Assembly (NCBI RefSeq): GCF_963921235.1
Contig: NC_086107.1
Location: forward strand, 97,528,001-97,592,000
Source: Mobula hypostoma
Lineage: Eukaryota
Direction of reading: 5' to 3'
Length of the DNA: 64,000 nt
The notes under the pieces were generated by a model. It was not told the origin of the DNA. It saw only the letters and a list, made by a program, of their open reading frames with translations, and made no database searches. Position 1 is the first letter of the stretch. Every line of letters starts with the position of its first letter. This document shows positions 1 to 12,359 of the stretch, piece after piece. The translations under genes were made by a program, and so were the position numbers.

Positions 1-576
1 GTGCACCAAATCATTGCCAAGATGGGGACATCAGGAACAGGCTATTCAGCCCCTCTACCATTTAGTAGTCCATGGTTGATCCCCACAACCCTGGACAGAG
101 TTTGCAGCCATCACCAGGCAGCACATTGGCACAGAGATGGTAGATTCTGGTAACAGCACCCCAACATTCCCGACCCTGACGCTGTCTGTGCAGAGTGCGC
201 GATCTGACCCCTGTGGCTGCATGGGTTTCCCCAGGAGTCCTTCCCACATCCCAAAGGCATGCAGGGACGGTGGTTTAGTGTCCGCTGTCAAACAGCCCGA
301 GTGTGTGCGTGAGGGATGGAATGTAGAGAGATGTTGGAGAAAAATATAGGGCCAGTGTACAGCGAACTTCTCTTAATCCAGCAACCTCAGGACTGGGATG
401 CTGGATTAGCAGATTTTCCAGACTATTGGACGTTGCTTCAAATAGTTAGATTTAATGTTTTGAGATTCATAGATGCTTAGAGTTATACAGCATGGAACCA
501 GAACCTTTGGGTTAAATCTTCCTTGCTGACCAAGATGTCTTCAACCAGTCCACTTTCCCAGGCATGGCCCAAGTCT

Positions 577-900
577 GTGAGTTTGTGTGTGTCTGGGTGT
601 GTGTGAGTGTGTGTGTGTCAGTGGTGTGAGAGAGTAGGTATGTACATGTGTGAGTGTGTGGGTGTCTGTGTCTGGGTGTGTGTGTAAGTGTATGTGTGTG
701 TGTGTGTGTCTGTGTGTGAGTGTGTGTGTGAGTGTGTATGTGTCAGTGGTGTGTGAGAGTAGGTGTGTACATGTGTGAGTGTGTGTGAGTGTGTGTGTGT
801 GTCTGTCTGTGTGAGTGTGTGTGTGTCTGGGTGTGTGTGTGTCTATGTGTGTGTGAGTGTGTGTGTGTGTGTGTGTGCGTGCGTGTGAGTGTGCACATCC
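577..900. repeat. Degenerate (TG)n microsatellite
   Basis: Interrupted TG dinucleotide run. Confidence 0.95.
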
Positions 901-1260
901 ATGTGCAAATAAGTGAGTGTCTGCTGTTTTGACTTTATTCACCCTAGGTTAATTTTTCACTAATGTTCCTATAACTGAATCATGACTTCTTTTATTCTTT
1001 TAAAGGATGTGTCCTTCACAGACTGGGCCAGCACATAATTCCCCGTCCCTAGGTGTTTTTTGAGAAGGTGGGTGTGAACTCTGCCCTACTTGAGCTCACA
1101 CTCTGCCACACTCAGTACTGCCATGGGGGAATATGACCCAATGACAGTGAAGGAACAGCGATGTATTTCCATCTCAGGATGGAGGGCAACTTCCAGAGGA
1201 TGGTGTTCCTTGTGTCACAGCCCTCCATACCCCTTGTGCAGGCCAACGGGAATAATAGCT

Positions 1261-1677
1261 CAGACTGTGCAAAAGTCTTAGGCACCCTAGATTTTTCATA
1301 TGGTTTCAGACCATATGGCCTCCACAGAGCCCTAATCTCAACATCATCGAGGTTGTCTGGGATTACCTGGAGAGACAGAAGCAAGTGAGATAGCCGAAGT
1401 CTGCAGAAGAACTGTGGCAAGTTCTCCTGGATACTTGGAACAAGCAACCAGTTGATTTTCTTATAAAACCGCATGACAATGTTCCTAAGAGAATTGATGC
1501 AATTTTAAATGCAAAGGCGGTCACAGCAAATGTTGATTTGATTCGATTTATTTTTACTGTTGACTGCTCTTTATAGTAATTTGTTTATATTTAGAAACGT
1601 ATCATTTCATTTTTGTGGAAAGCATCATCACTTTACAGAATTTTTCTACATGTGCCTCAAACATTTGCACAGTACTG
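1261..1677 (+). mobile_element. Internally deleted Tc1-family DNA transposon
   Basis: Terminal inverted repeats (cagactgtgcaaaagtcttaggcac ... gtgcctcaaacatttgcacagtactg); internal frame at about 1316 reads WPPQSPNLNIIEVVWDYLER, the Tc1 transposase C-terminal motif. Confidence 0.85.
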
Positions 1678-1853
1678 TAGATGGGCTGAAGGGCCTGTTT
1701 CTCTGCTGTACCGCTCTGTGACATATCCTGCCCGCTGCTGGAGGCAGAGAGTTTGACAGGGAGTATCCAAAGATTCTTGGTGAAACTCCAACTAGGCCAA
1801 GTAGCCTGTGTGTTGAACATTTGAGTATTTATACACTTTCTGAAGTATTATAA

Positions 1854-2820
1854 ATCTCTTTCTCTCTGTCTCTCCCTCTCTCTTTCTCTCTCTCTCCCTC
1901 CCTCCCCCCTCTCTCTTTTCCCCTCTCTCCCCCTCTCCCTCTCCCTCTCCCCCTCCCACTCTCCCCCTCTCTCTATCCCTCCCCCTCTCCCTCTCCCCGT
2001 CTCTCCCCTCTTCCCCTCTCTCCCACTTTCCCCTCTCTCTCTATCCCTCCCCCTCTCTCCCCCTCTCTCCCCCCTCTCTTTCCCCTCTCTCTTCCTCTCT
2101 CTCCCCCTCTCCCTCTCCCCCTCCCACCCCCTCCTCGTCTCTCTTCCCCTCTCTCCCCCTCTCCCTCTCCCCCCCACTCTCCCCTCTCTCTATCCCTCCC
2201 CTCTCTCTCCCCTCCCTCCCCCCTCCCCCTCCCCCTCCCCCCTCCCCCTCTCTCTATCCCCCTCTCTCTTCCCCTCTCTCCCTCTCTCCCCCTCCCCCTC
2301 CCTCCCCCTCCCTCTATCCCCCTCTCTCTTCCCCTCTCTCCCCTCTCCCCTTCCCTCCCCCTCTCCCCCTCTCTCCCCCTCTTTCCCTCTCTCTCCCCCC
2401 TCCCCCTCCCTCTCTCTCCCTCTCTCCCCCTCTCCCTCTCTCTCCATCTCTCTCCCTCTCTCCCCCTCTCTCTCCCCCCTCTCTCCCTCTCTCTTCCCTC
2501 TCTCTCCCCCTCTCCCCCCTCTTCCCCTCCCTCTCTCCATCTCTCTCCCTCTCTCCCCCTCTCTCCCCTTCCCCTCTCTCCCTCTCCCCCTCTCTCCCCT
2601 TCCCCTCTCTCCCTCTCTCTCCCCTCTTCCCCTCTCTCCCTCTCTCCCTCTCTCCCCCCCTCTCTCCCCCTTCCCCTCTCTCCCTCTCTCTCCCCTCTTC
2701 CCCTCTCTCCCCCTCTCCCCCTCTCCCCCTCTCCCCCCTCTTCCCCTCCCTCTCTCCATCTCTCTCCCTCTCTCCCCCTCTCTCCCCCTTCCCCTCTCTC
2801 CCTCTCTCTCCCCTCTTCCC

Positions 2821-2901
<81 letters not shown>

Positions 2902-2911
2902 CCCCCCCCCC
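1854..2911. repeat. About 1.05-kb polypyrimidine/polypurine (CT-rich) low-complexity tract ending in pure (CT)n
   Basis: Almost exclusively C/T on the + strand. Confidence 0.97.
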
Positions 2912-4340
2912 ATTTTTTTCTTGCCGTTTATGCGATTTGTTCTTTTCTTTCATGTGCTGGGGGTTTGATGTTTTCCTTTAAACGGGTTCCTTGGTTTTTT
3001 TTGCTTCATGCCTGTCTGTGGAGAAGACGAATCTCTGGATTGTATACTGCAAACGTACTTGGCTAACACATGTACAGTACTTTGAACCTTGAATCTCACT
3101 TAGCATGGGCAAGCGGGGCTGAATGGCCTGCTGCTGTACTGCATACAGGTGAATCTTCCCTGAATCCTCTCCTGTGCAAGCACACCCTTCCTGTAGTGTG
3201 GCGAAGAGAACTGCAGGCAATATTCCAGACGTGGTCTAACTGTGTTCCCTCTCCCCCTGCTCTTATTCTCTGAGTACCCCTAATGAAGTTCAGAATCCTG
3301 TATCCTCCACCTCCCCGCTGATAACCAGTTTCACAGCCGGCTCCTCTTTGGTCTTGCCGAGTGTCAGGACTCTGTGAAAGGCTGCAGTCAGCGGGGAGCG
3401 AGAAGCTTCAGACCAAGTGCTTTGCAACTAAGAGCTTCAAGCACTTTACGGTCAAATCTTAGCAACATCTGCTGGACAATCAAATCGGCAGAGACTCAGA
3501 GGGAGATGGCAGCTCCCCTTCCAGCTGCTGCTCCTGAAGGGAAGGATGTAACCAACCTTGGGTGCTTTATCACTTTACACTGAGTCACAGAGCTGTACAG
3601 CACAGAACAGACCCTTCGGCCCGTCAGCTCCATACTGACACTTGTGCTCATCTCCACTCATCCTATCCACTGCTTTAGGACTATAACCTTCCATACCATC
3701 TAAGTGCTCTTTCAAAACCAACAATTGTTTCTGATATCAACCAGTCTCCGTGTATAAAAATATTTATTTGTCGATTGATTGATTGCAATATAGCACAGAA
3801 CAGGCCCTTCCGACCCTTCGAGCCACGTCGCCCAGCAATCCCGCGATTTAATCCTAGCCTAGTCGCGGGACGACTTACAATCACCAATTAACCGGTGCGT
3901 CTTTGGACTGTGGGAGCCACCTGGAGCACTCGGAGGAAACCCACGTGGTCACGGGGAGAATGTAAGATCTCCTTGCAGGCCGTCAGAACCCTCCCTCTCA
4001 CTTAAAACGATGCACTCTCGTCTTGGACAGAAATACTATGGGAAAGGATTTTGACCATCTAGGATTTGACCTCATAAATGAGTATGCTTCTTCGATATCC
4101 CCTCAGCCTCCTTTACTCCACAGGAAGTAAGCCCAGACTAACCTGTGGAATTGGATTTGCTTTACTATTGTCTCTTGCATCCTGATACAGTGAAAAGTTC
4201 ACCTTGGCGCTCCTTATACAGATCAAACCACTACACGGTGCATTGAGGTAGTTGGGTGACGGGGTGGAGATGTGTCTCTACCAAAGGAGGTGTGAGATGC
4301 TCCTTCCCCCCGCTAGGTCACCCTTGGGCAAGGTGTAGCA

Positions 4341-4543
4341 CCCACCCTGGCTGTCCTTGGGGAGGGAGCACACGGTCACGGCAGGCACACTGGGGGACTT
4401 GTGCAGTAGGCCCCCCAGGGTATTGGCTGTGTTATAGACGGCACTAACCATATTTTAGTTTGAGTATACTTCCTGTCTTGTCAATATTGATTGCCTGTAC
4501 CTTGTGTATATGTGTTGTAAATAAACTTTCATAGTAAAAAAAA
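4341..4543 (+). mobile_element. 3' end of a Tx1/L1-clade LINE with AATAAA and poly(A)
   Basis: Degenerate GTLGD..PPQGI C-terminal frame, aataaa, A9 tail; interrupts the SINE. Confidence 0.5.
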
Positions 4544-4632
4544 AGTGTTTGCACTTGCTTAGCCCCCATTCCTGATCGGGGTTATGTGAAGCCAATGGAG
4601 CAGGTGGTGGATGGTCATATAAACAGCCGCTG

Positions 4633-4864
4633 TGTGGTAAACCATACATATATGTTGTAACTGGGTGACCTGTCTGGACATGCCCTTCTGCTGACTGCCC
4701 CTGTGGCTGCTCCCACAGACCCCTGAATAAAGGCGATTGTGCCACTGCTCCCCCTCTCAGTCCAGGGCAGATACTCAGCAGGGACGAGACCCATTTTACT
4801 GTTAATAAAAGCCTTTCAGTATTTACTCTACTTCCAGTCTTTTGGAGTAATTGATAGTGCATCA
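4633..4864 (+). mobile_element. Solo LTR (232 bp)
   Basis: TG...CA termini, internal AATAAA; 5-bp TSD cgctg/cggtg (1 mismatch); the host SINE resumes on both sides. Confidence 0.75.
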
Positions 4865-5228
4865 CGGTGCACATCACAAGTCCTGGTTACGCGACCACTG
4901 ACGCCAGGCAGACAATGTCTGAACAGTATTGATAATGGGTGGGGTCACCCACTACTTTTTAATGTACATTTTGTATTCTCTTCATACCTCAATGTTTATA
5001 CTCCGTATTTTAAAGTATCTGTTTCTGACTGAGCAACTTTGGAACAATAATTTCCTTCAGGATAAATAAAGTTTTATCTTATCTTGTAAAGGCACTTCCC
5101 AGAAGAAGGCAATGGCAAGCTATTTTAGTTTAAAAAAGATTGCCAAGAACAATTATGGTCTAATTGCCCACGTCATACAACACGGAACTTAATGGTGATG
5201 ATTGAAAGAGTACAAAATGAAACAATAA

Positions 5229-6583
5229 TGTAGTAACTTCTACTTTGGAAAAGACACACTCGACAAATTCATGCCAAAGAAACAACTTTATGTCGAACTT
5301 CAAAACCGTTATGTACATACAGAGGCTTTCAACCTGTACGGCATGGCAGGCACACTATATACAAAGCCCACTGGAAGTAAACCCCCCACCATTATCCTAA
5401 TTAGTATTAACTTACTTTTAATAATGCTCACACTACAACACTTCTCCCCCTTTAAAATCCAACATCCCCAAATATAAAAAACTAGGAAATAAAAACCATA
5501 GTGTTATTAACTTGCGTACCCCTGAAAACTTATACCAGTATCTCAGCAACAGTTTATCAGTACAAAACATCTGGAAAATGTGACAGATTCAACATTCAAT
5601 CTAACAACAAAAAAAAGAACTGTCCGGTCAAAAATTCAGTCTGTCAGGAGGTTTACGAGTGCTCTGTGATCTGCGCACTACCCCCGGTGACCCAGCAGGC
5701 ACCACCGGTGAGGGTGCTTTGGGTGGATCTGGTTTTAGGGGCATGAGAGGGGTCTGTGTGTCTGCGTGAGAATGTCTATCCTCCTCAGGGGACCTCGACC
5801 CCTCTGCCAGCGTCTCGCCCTCTGGCAAAGTCACTGGTGGACATGCTTCCACAGTAGTCTGTCTCACTTTTGCCTTCATGTCTGGGCGCAGCAGGTCCAA
5901 TCTTGACTTGGGCCTACGCCCCATCAGCATCTCTGCTGGAGTGCGGGCAGCCGTAGTCTGTGGCGTGAGGCGGTATTTAAACAGGAAACATGAAAGCCGA
6001 ATGCTGAGAGAGTCCCCTGTCATCCACTTCAGGCCTTCCTTCACTGAACAGCCCGCTCAGCCAAGCCATTGGAGGCTGGGTGGAAAGGGGCCGTCTGAAT
6101 GTGACGAATGCCATTCTGCTGTATGAACTCACTGAACAGCTCACTGGTGAACATCGGGCCATTATCAGTGACCAGAGTGTCAGGCAACCCGTGGACTGCA
6201 AACACTTGTCTGAGTCTGTCTATGGTTGAGGGGGCTGTGATGTTGTTCATGATCTGAGCTTCGATCCATTTAGGACGTGCATCTACCATTACAAAAAACA
6301 TCTGCCCTATAAAGGGGCCAGCAAAGTCCAAATGTAGCCTAGGCCAGGGGTGCAAAGGAGTTGGTGGGGGCATATTCTGATTAGTCTGACATTGCGTGCA
6401 TGATTTTACCTTGTTCTCCAGATCCTGATCCATTCCTGGCCACCAAACATAGCATCTTGCAAGGCTTTTCATTCCAGACACTCCTGGATGAGCCTCATGA
6501 ATTTCCTGCACAATCTGTGAACGGCCAGGGGGAGGCACGATGACCCTTGCCCCCCAGAAAATGCAGCCATCCTACAGACTGAG
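5229..6583 (-). mobile_element. Gypsy/Ty3 LTR retrotransposon 3' portion: degenerate integrase (5628-6583), PPT (about 5441-5455) and 3' LTR (5229-5440)
   Basis: HHCC zinc finger (HEAHPG...CTQC), HLDFAGP, VTDNGP, SNGLAERAVQ. On the minus strand the PPT AAAGGGGGAGAAG directly precedes the LTR TGTTGTAGT...ACTACA. Confidence 0.92.
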
Positions 6584-7234
6584 TTCTTTACATCATTACA
6601 TCATTATCTAAATTCTTTACATCATTATCAAGTCTTATACCTAAATACTTTATACCATTTACCGGCCATCTAAATTGGGTTACTAATCGACATTGACTAT
6701 AATCTCCTTTAGTAAGAGGTAAAATTTCACTTTTATCCCAATTTATTTTGTAACCTGATACCTTCCCATATTCATCCAGTCTAGAAGATAATTTACATAA
6801 CGAATGTTGTGGGTTTGTTAAATAGATCAGAACATCATCGGCAAAAAGATTAATTTTATATTCCTCCTGATTAACTCTAAAACCCATAATATCTGGATCA
6901 ATTCTGATTAGTTCTGCTAATGGCTCTATCACCAGTACAAATAAAGCAGGTGATAATGGACAACCTTGTCTAGTTGACCTTTTTAACTGGAATGGTGTTG
7001 AAATTTGAGAGTTTGTCACTACTTTAGCCTTAGGGTTAGAATTTAAAGTTTTAATCCAATTTATAAAAGATGTTCCTAACCCATATTTTTCTAATACTTT
7101 AGATAAAAAATCCCATTCTAATCTATCAAATGCTTTTTCTGCATCCAAGGCTACTACTATACTCTTCTCGTCCCTTTTTTGTGCCAAATGAATTATACTG
7201 AGTAGCCGGGTTACATTATCTGCCAATTGTCTAT
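6584..7234 (-). mobile_element. Internal RT-domain fragment of the same L1 family as the full-length element at 40589-46341
   Basis: Near-identical to about 42287-42912 ([26 protein letters not shown]); no 3' UTR or poly(A). Confidence 0.93.
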
Positions 7235-10200
7235 CTTTTGTATCTTCTGCCCGATGGGAGATGGGAGAAGAGAGACTGTCCGGGGTGAGGGGTGGTCTTT
7301 GATACTGAAGCAGCAAGAAGAGTAACAGGGTCCTTGACGATGAGGCTGGCTCCCGTGATGTGCTAAGTTGCGTTCACAGCTCCCTGTGGTTTCTTGCGGT
7401 CATGTGCGGCGCAGTTGCCGTACCAAGCCACTACGCGTCCAGATGGAACACTTTCTATGGGCGGGGGGGGTGGGGAGACAGGGGATGAAGAGGCAGGAGG
7501 CAGATAGGGGAGGAGGAGCAGGGGACTGCGGCTAGTTGGACTACTCAGTTAAAGGGGCAGCACAATTTGTACACCAATTGGAGAAACGCACCACGTGACT
7601 CGAAGGAGAGCTGTCCCAAAGGTAGATCATTAGGTACGTCAGCAAAGTAAACGTTTCAAGCCAACTGTGGGAGTTAATCTTGTATCTATGGTGAGGGGCG
7701 GCTGAGTTGGGAGATGGGATGGAATGTGAATTATACTCAAGCTGAAAGATTGCCTAAAATCCGAGGGAGCGCAGCAATTCTTATCCATTGGTAAAGTGTG
7801 CCATCTGCTGGTGCCATCTGTTCAGCAGAGCAGAAAGGCAGGGGCGGGAGCTGGTGAGGTAAGGGAAGAGCCATTCTCACTGAGACCTGGGCACAAATGG
7901 TGGGCAGTGTTACCATTTGCCTGTCCTGGGAAGAGAAAGCCATCCCTGTTCCTCCCGCTAACCTCCCTGCACACTTGGACACTACAACCTCAGGGTACCT
8001 GACTTCCCTGCCTGTACCAGTTGTCTATCTGTGATGACAACTCACCTTTGTGTGTTTCATTTTCCCTCTGGGAGTAGAGGGCATTTGCTGACTGACCAGC
8101 CGGGCATGTCAACCTGCTCTGAATTTTGCACCTCCTACATTCTGCGCCTCCATCATCAGTCTCCAACTGCTGTCACTCGCTTGCCAACCAGATAACCTCG
8201 TCTACCGCTTGCCCCCACTGTCACCCCCATTTTACATCTGCCTCCCCCACTCTCCCTGCAGTTTGATCAGTCTCTTTATCGTCCTTCCCAGTTCGTCGGC
8301 ATCAATGAAGACCTTGACACCATTATGATGGTGTCGAGACTAGCGTGTGATTTGGATTTAAGTGAGGGAGAATTGCGCAGTGTCAGCCTCACTCTTTCTT
8401 CCCGATTCCCATCTGGATCCAGTGGCAAGGCAAGAGTCGAGATGGCTGGAGATGGGACTAGGCGCAGTGGATGACCAGGATGTCTTCTGTGTCTTGTCGT
8501 GCTCTACACGTTCCACGACGCTTGCAGAGACCGCCTTCTTGACCGTTGGACCTTCCATTGGTCACGTCCACTCAATCCGCCGGAGTCTGTCTTCACATGC
8601 TGGGATGGACAACTCCCTATCTCACCGAGGGTTTGAGACCCGTTGGCTACCTTCACCTGGTTTAGCCGGCTTGTCGAAGCCATTGCCCGGGGTGTCGCCA
8701 CTGTCGCATGCAAACAGCTACGGGGAGCCACAGGTGAGAGCTGAGTGCCAGGTGGGGACCAAAGGTGGACTAACCGCCCTGAAAAGGACGCGACATGTTC
8801 CCCTACCAGAGGTGCTACCCCTCCCTGACACTCCATACACTAAACACCATAGAAAGCATTCTATGTGGATACATCATGGTTTGGTATGGAAACTGGTCTT
8901 CACGTGACTGCCAGAAACTGCAAAGACCTGCGGACACAGGTCAGCATATCACAGAAACCAGCCTCCCACCCACTGAATCCACCCTGTAGTTCTCACTGCC
9001 TCAGGAAAGCAACCAGCTTAAGCAAAAACCCTCACCCGCCCCAGCCATTCTCCCATCTCCTCTCTCCCATCAAAAAACCTGAAAGCACATACCACTAGGC
9101 TCAAGGACAGCTTCAATCCCACTGTTATCAGACTCTTGAATGATAAGATGTACTCCTGGTCTCACAGTTTACTTCATTCTGACCTTGAACTTTATCGTTT
9201 ACCTGCACTCCACTTTCTCTGTGGCAGTAACACTTTATTCTGCATTGTTATTATTTTACCTTGGTCCAGTTCACTGCACTGTGTAATGATCTGATCTGTA
9301 TGAATAGCTTTTCACTATATCTCAGTACCTGTGACAATAACAAAGCAGTTCCAAGGATACCTTGGAGAAATAGACAATAGACAACAGGTGCAGGAGTAGG
9401 CCATTCAGCCCTTCAAGCCAGCACCACCATTCACTGTGATCATGGCTGATCATTCACTGCGATCATGAGAAGGTGTGTGAGTGTTTGTTCACGGACTCAT
9501 ACAGCAACCCCACCCCCATTCTTCCACATGGACGATCTCCCCAATCTTGTCACTTCCTCCTTCTCTTCATCCCACCACTTCAGCCTTCCCCAGCCTCACG
9601 TAGGGTTGTTCCTGTCTCCCAGGCGCACCCTTACCCTGCCAACAAGGACGTTTCAACACTATTCCCTTCTCCTGCTACAGGGGCCACGTCCTCTCCACTG
9701 ATCTTATCTGGCCTTCACTCCCTGGCATCCATTGCCCTGCCACTTGGACGGTTAAACACTGAGAGATAAATTAATGTTCAGGACGACCTGAGTATCCTTA
9801 CACTTAAGTTGTGTGGGTTCCCAGATGATTGACGAGGCTTGTAATGAGCTCTTCGGGCTTGTGGGGAGAGTTAGGCACCGAGGTTTTTAGAGCACCTGAA
9901 TTGGTAAATTGGCCTGCTGCGTTCACCAGCATTCTTTGTGTGTGTTGCTTGCATTTCCAGCATCTGCAGATTTCCTCGTGTCTTGGTTAATTGTTGTTTA
10001 ACAAGTCATTAATTGTTTAGAGTTCTTCATGTTTTTTCTCCAGCGACTCGCCCTTTGTAACGTGGTCTCCTGGTGTTTCTGTTTAAGCTCGTTAAGTTAA
10101 TTTTGACAGGCTCTGGCGTTCCGTTTTACCTGTATTAGTTAGGCGGATGCCTGATTAGAGCCATTCGCGGGGTCCTAGTTTTGAGAATGTTACGTGTCAC

Positions 10201-10730
10201 GGTGTTGCTCGGCCGAGCCGCAGGTGTTCTGTTGGAATTGTATAAATAAACTCCGATTGCTGTCTCCACATGGGAGTCTGTCTTCTCTCTGCACCTGTAT
10301 TCCAACATTGCCAGCGCACATTGTGACACAGGCTGTTGACCTAAAAGCACAGATAAGTTGCACAAAGGGAATGCGCAGTTGATTAATGAGGCTGCTGCCT
10401 GGTTACTCAGGTTTGTTATCAGGACAGAGACTGAGTAGATTAGCCAGTATTCTCTTGAGCATGGAGTAAATAAAGCAGAGAATAGCGCAGCAGCAGAAAA
10501 GGCCCTTCAGCCCATCGTGTCTGTGTTGACCACAATGCCAAATGAAATTTATCCTGTTTGCCTGGTGAACTGCCTCTTAGAAGTTGCTAACTCTACAGCC
10601 CCACCACTCTCTGTAAAAAACATACCCTACATATTTGCTTTACACTTTCCTCCTCTCGCCTTAAATCTATTTCCTCCAGCATTTGACATTTCTACCCAGG
10701 GAAAAGACTCTGACTATCTATTCTGTCTAA

Positions 10731-11020
10731 AGCACTGTGCAGAAGTTTTAGGCACATGGATATAGCATAAGACCATAAATACAGTGCTGTATTTGTCAAC
10801 ATGAAGCGGAGAGCAAGCTTGTAGATCTAGCAGGAGCAAAGGACGTTGGGAATGGTGAGGATGCAGCACCCGGGGAGGGGTGTGGGATGGCAGAGAGGGA
10901 GTTCCAGGGGAGGCGGGGTGGAATTGGTGCGGTTGCAGACACACCCATCCCTGAGACACCAGGCAAGGACATTTGATTCCAAATAATTGGTTTATTGATC
11001 AGGTACATAATAGGCATCTG
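10731..11020 (+). mobile_element. Tc1-type MITE fragment; related copy at about 35770-36167
   Basis: TIR-like ctgtgcagaagttttaggcac and shared internal sequence (ggagcaaag...gacacacccagcc...gagacaccaggcaagg). Confidence 0.65.
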
Positions 11021-11312
11021 TTAGTCTCATGAGACAATGGATTTGCATCTTGGAAGGTTTCCAGGGTGCAGGCCTGGTCAAGGCTGTATGGAGGACCAGC
11101 AGTTGCCCATGCTGCAAGTCTCCCCTCTCCACATCACCAATGTTGTCCAAGGGAAGGGCATTAGGTCCCATACAGCCTGGCACCGGTGTCGTCGCAGAGC
11201 AATGTGTGGTTAAGTGCCTTGCTCAAGGACACGACACGCTGCCTCAGCTAAGGCTCGAACTAGCGACCTTCAAATCACTAGACGAACACCTTAACCACTT
11301 GGCCATGCGCCA
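11020..11312 (-). mobile_element. tRNA-derived SINE; copies at about 32362-32652 (-) and 54500-54720 (+)
   Basis: Minus-strand A box TGGCCAAGTGG and B box-like GTTCGAGCC/GTTCGAACC, followed by a shared non-tRNA body. Confidence 0.8.
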
Positions 11313-11320
11313 GCTAATGT

Positions 11321-11550
11321 TTCAATGACAAACTCTGCCATCGGCTTCAGGAATGATGCCTGGGCATGTCTATTCCGGTGGTATTTAAACCCCTGTCGTC
11401 TGTCCCTCCTGATACCAGACTGCGGTGTTATAAATACCACCAGACTAGACATGCCCAGGCATTGTCTGTGAAGAAGGTGACAGTTTGTCATTGAAGCCTT
11501 GGTTATACTCAGTACATGTCCCCGGCTGGAAGCCTGAGAAGAGTGCATTC
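11321..11550. mobile_element. Palindromic (inverted) Penelope-derived repeat
   Basis: Arms at about 11321-11389 and 11425-11495 are reverse complements (caatgacaaact...tgcctgggcatgtcta...ggtggtattta); degenerate CTGAAGA...GAAA motif. Confidence 0.6.
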
Positions 11551-12359
11551 CTCACGTGACGTTGTTTCCAGTGTTCCCAGTCCAAGCAGCCTGAGCAGGG
11601 GAGGTGAGGAGCCAGCAGCATCTTAACGGGTTTTTTTTTGTTTGCAGGTATATGAGAGAAGCAGGTTGTTGTGGAGCCGCTATTTTGGGTGGTGGGGGTG
11701 TGTGGGTGATCAAGTTTGAGTTGCAAGTGCAATGATTCGATATAGTGCTGAGGCTTTGATCTGAGAGCATCAAAAACACTCTGATATGGCCCAAGCACAG
11801 ACACTGAAGTGGGTCAACAGTTCACTGACTTTAATGAGAACAGTTGCAGAATTTAGATGAAAAGAAGAGCAACACACTCTAGGCCAACAGGATGGTTAAC
11901 TAAAACTCTCAAACTGAAAGTTAGCGCCAACACTGGTGCCGGAACCAATAACTGATTGCAAAATGAATACGGCTCCTTTACAGCGTCTGTCAAAAGGGTA
12001 GTCCTCCTTCCTGAACAAGGCTGAAGGTAAGCAGGGAGCATAAAAGTTGCTGTGCTTTTGGTCAAGTGTCAACAGGACTGGAGCAAAAAGGGAGATAAAT
12101 ACCGCATTAACGAAACTGTATTTCGCTGGAACTTTCCAACTCAGGAGCGCAACTGTCGAACCTGTTCCGCAGCCCGCCTGCGCGGGCACGTAGACCCCAC
12201 AGCAGAGTCCGTGGCTGTGACAGAGAGGTTTCGGTTAGAGCAATCTGAGCAGCGAAATTGGGTAAGTGCAGGTAGTTCCTTAGAATTACGCTGCCAGTTA
12301 AGCCGGGGTGCCAGTCGTGGCAGTAGGTGTGTGGGGGGATCAATGTTCCTGATAATTTA

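Larger units (their letters stand above)
4258..5203 (+). mobile_element. RTE-related SINE-like repeat interrupted by three younger insertions; other copies at about 23000-23355 and 47660-48058
   Basis: Same sequence in three places (tctctaccaaaggaggtgt...cacccttgggcaaggtgtagca...agaaggcaatggcaaaccac...(gat)n tail); the 3' part resembles RTE/BovB-type ends. Confidence 0.7.

Noticed and set aside
1848..2953. Glu/Arg/Gly-rich ORFs up to 326 aa
   Set aside because: Artefacts of the CT/GA low-complexity tract, which lacks stop codons
7574..7600. Possible ER-stress element
   Set aside because: Reads ATTGG-N9-CCACG, matching neither ERSE (CCAAT-N9-CCACG) nor ERSE-II (ATTGG-N1-CCACG)
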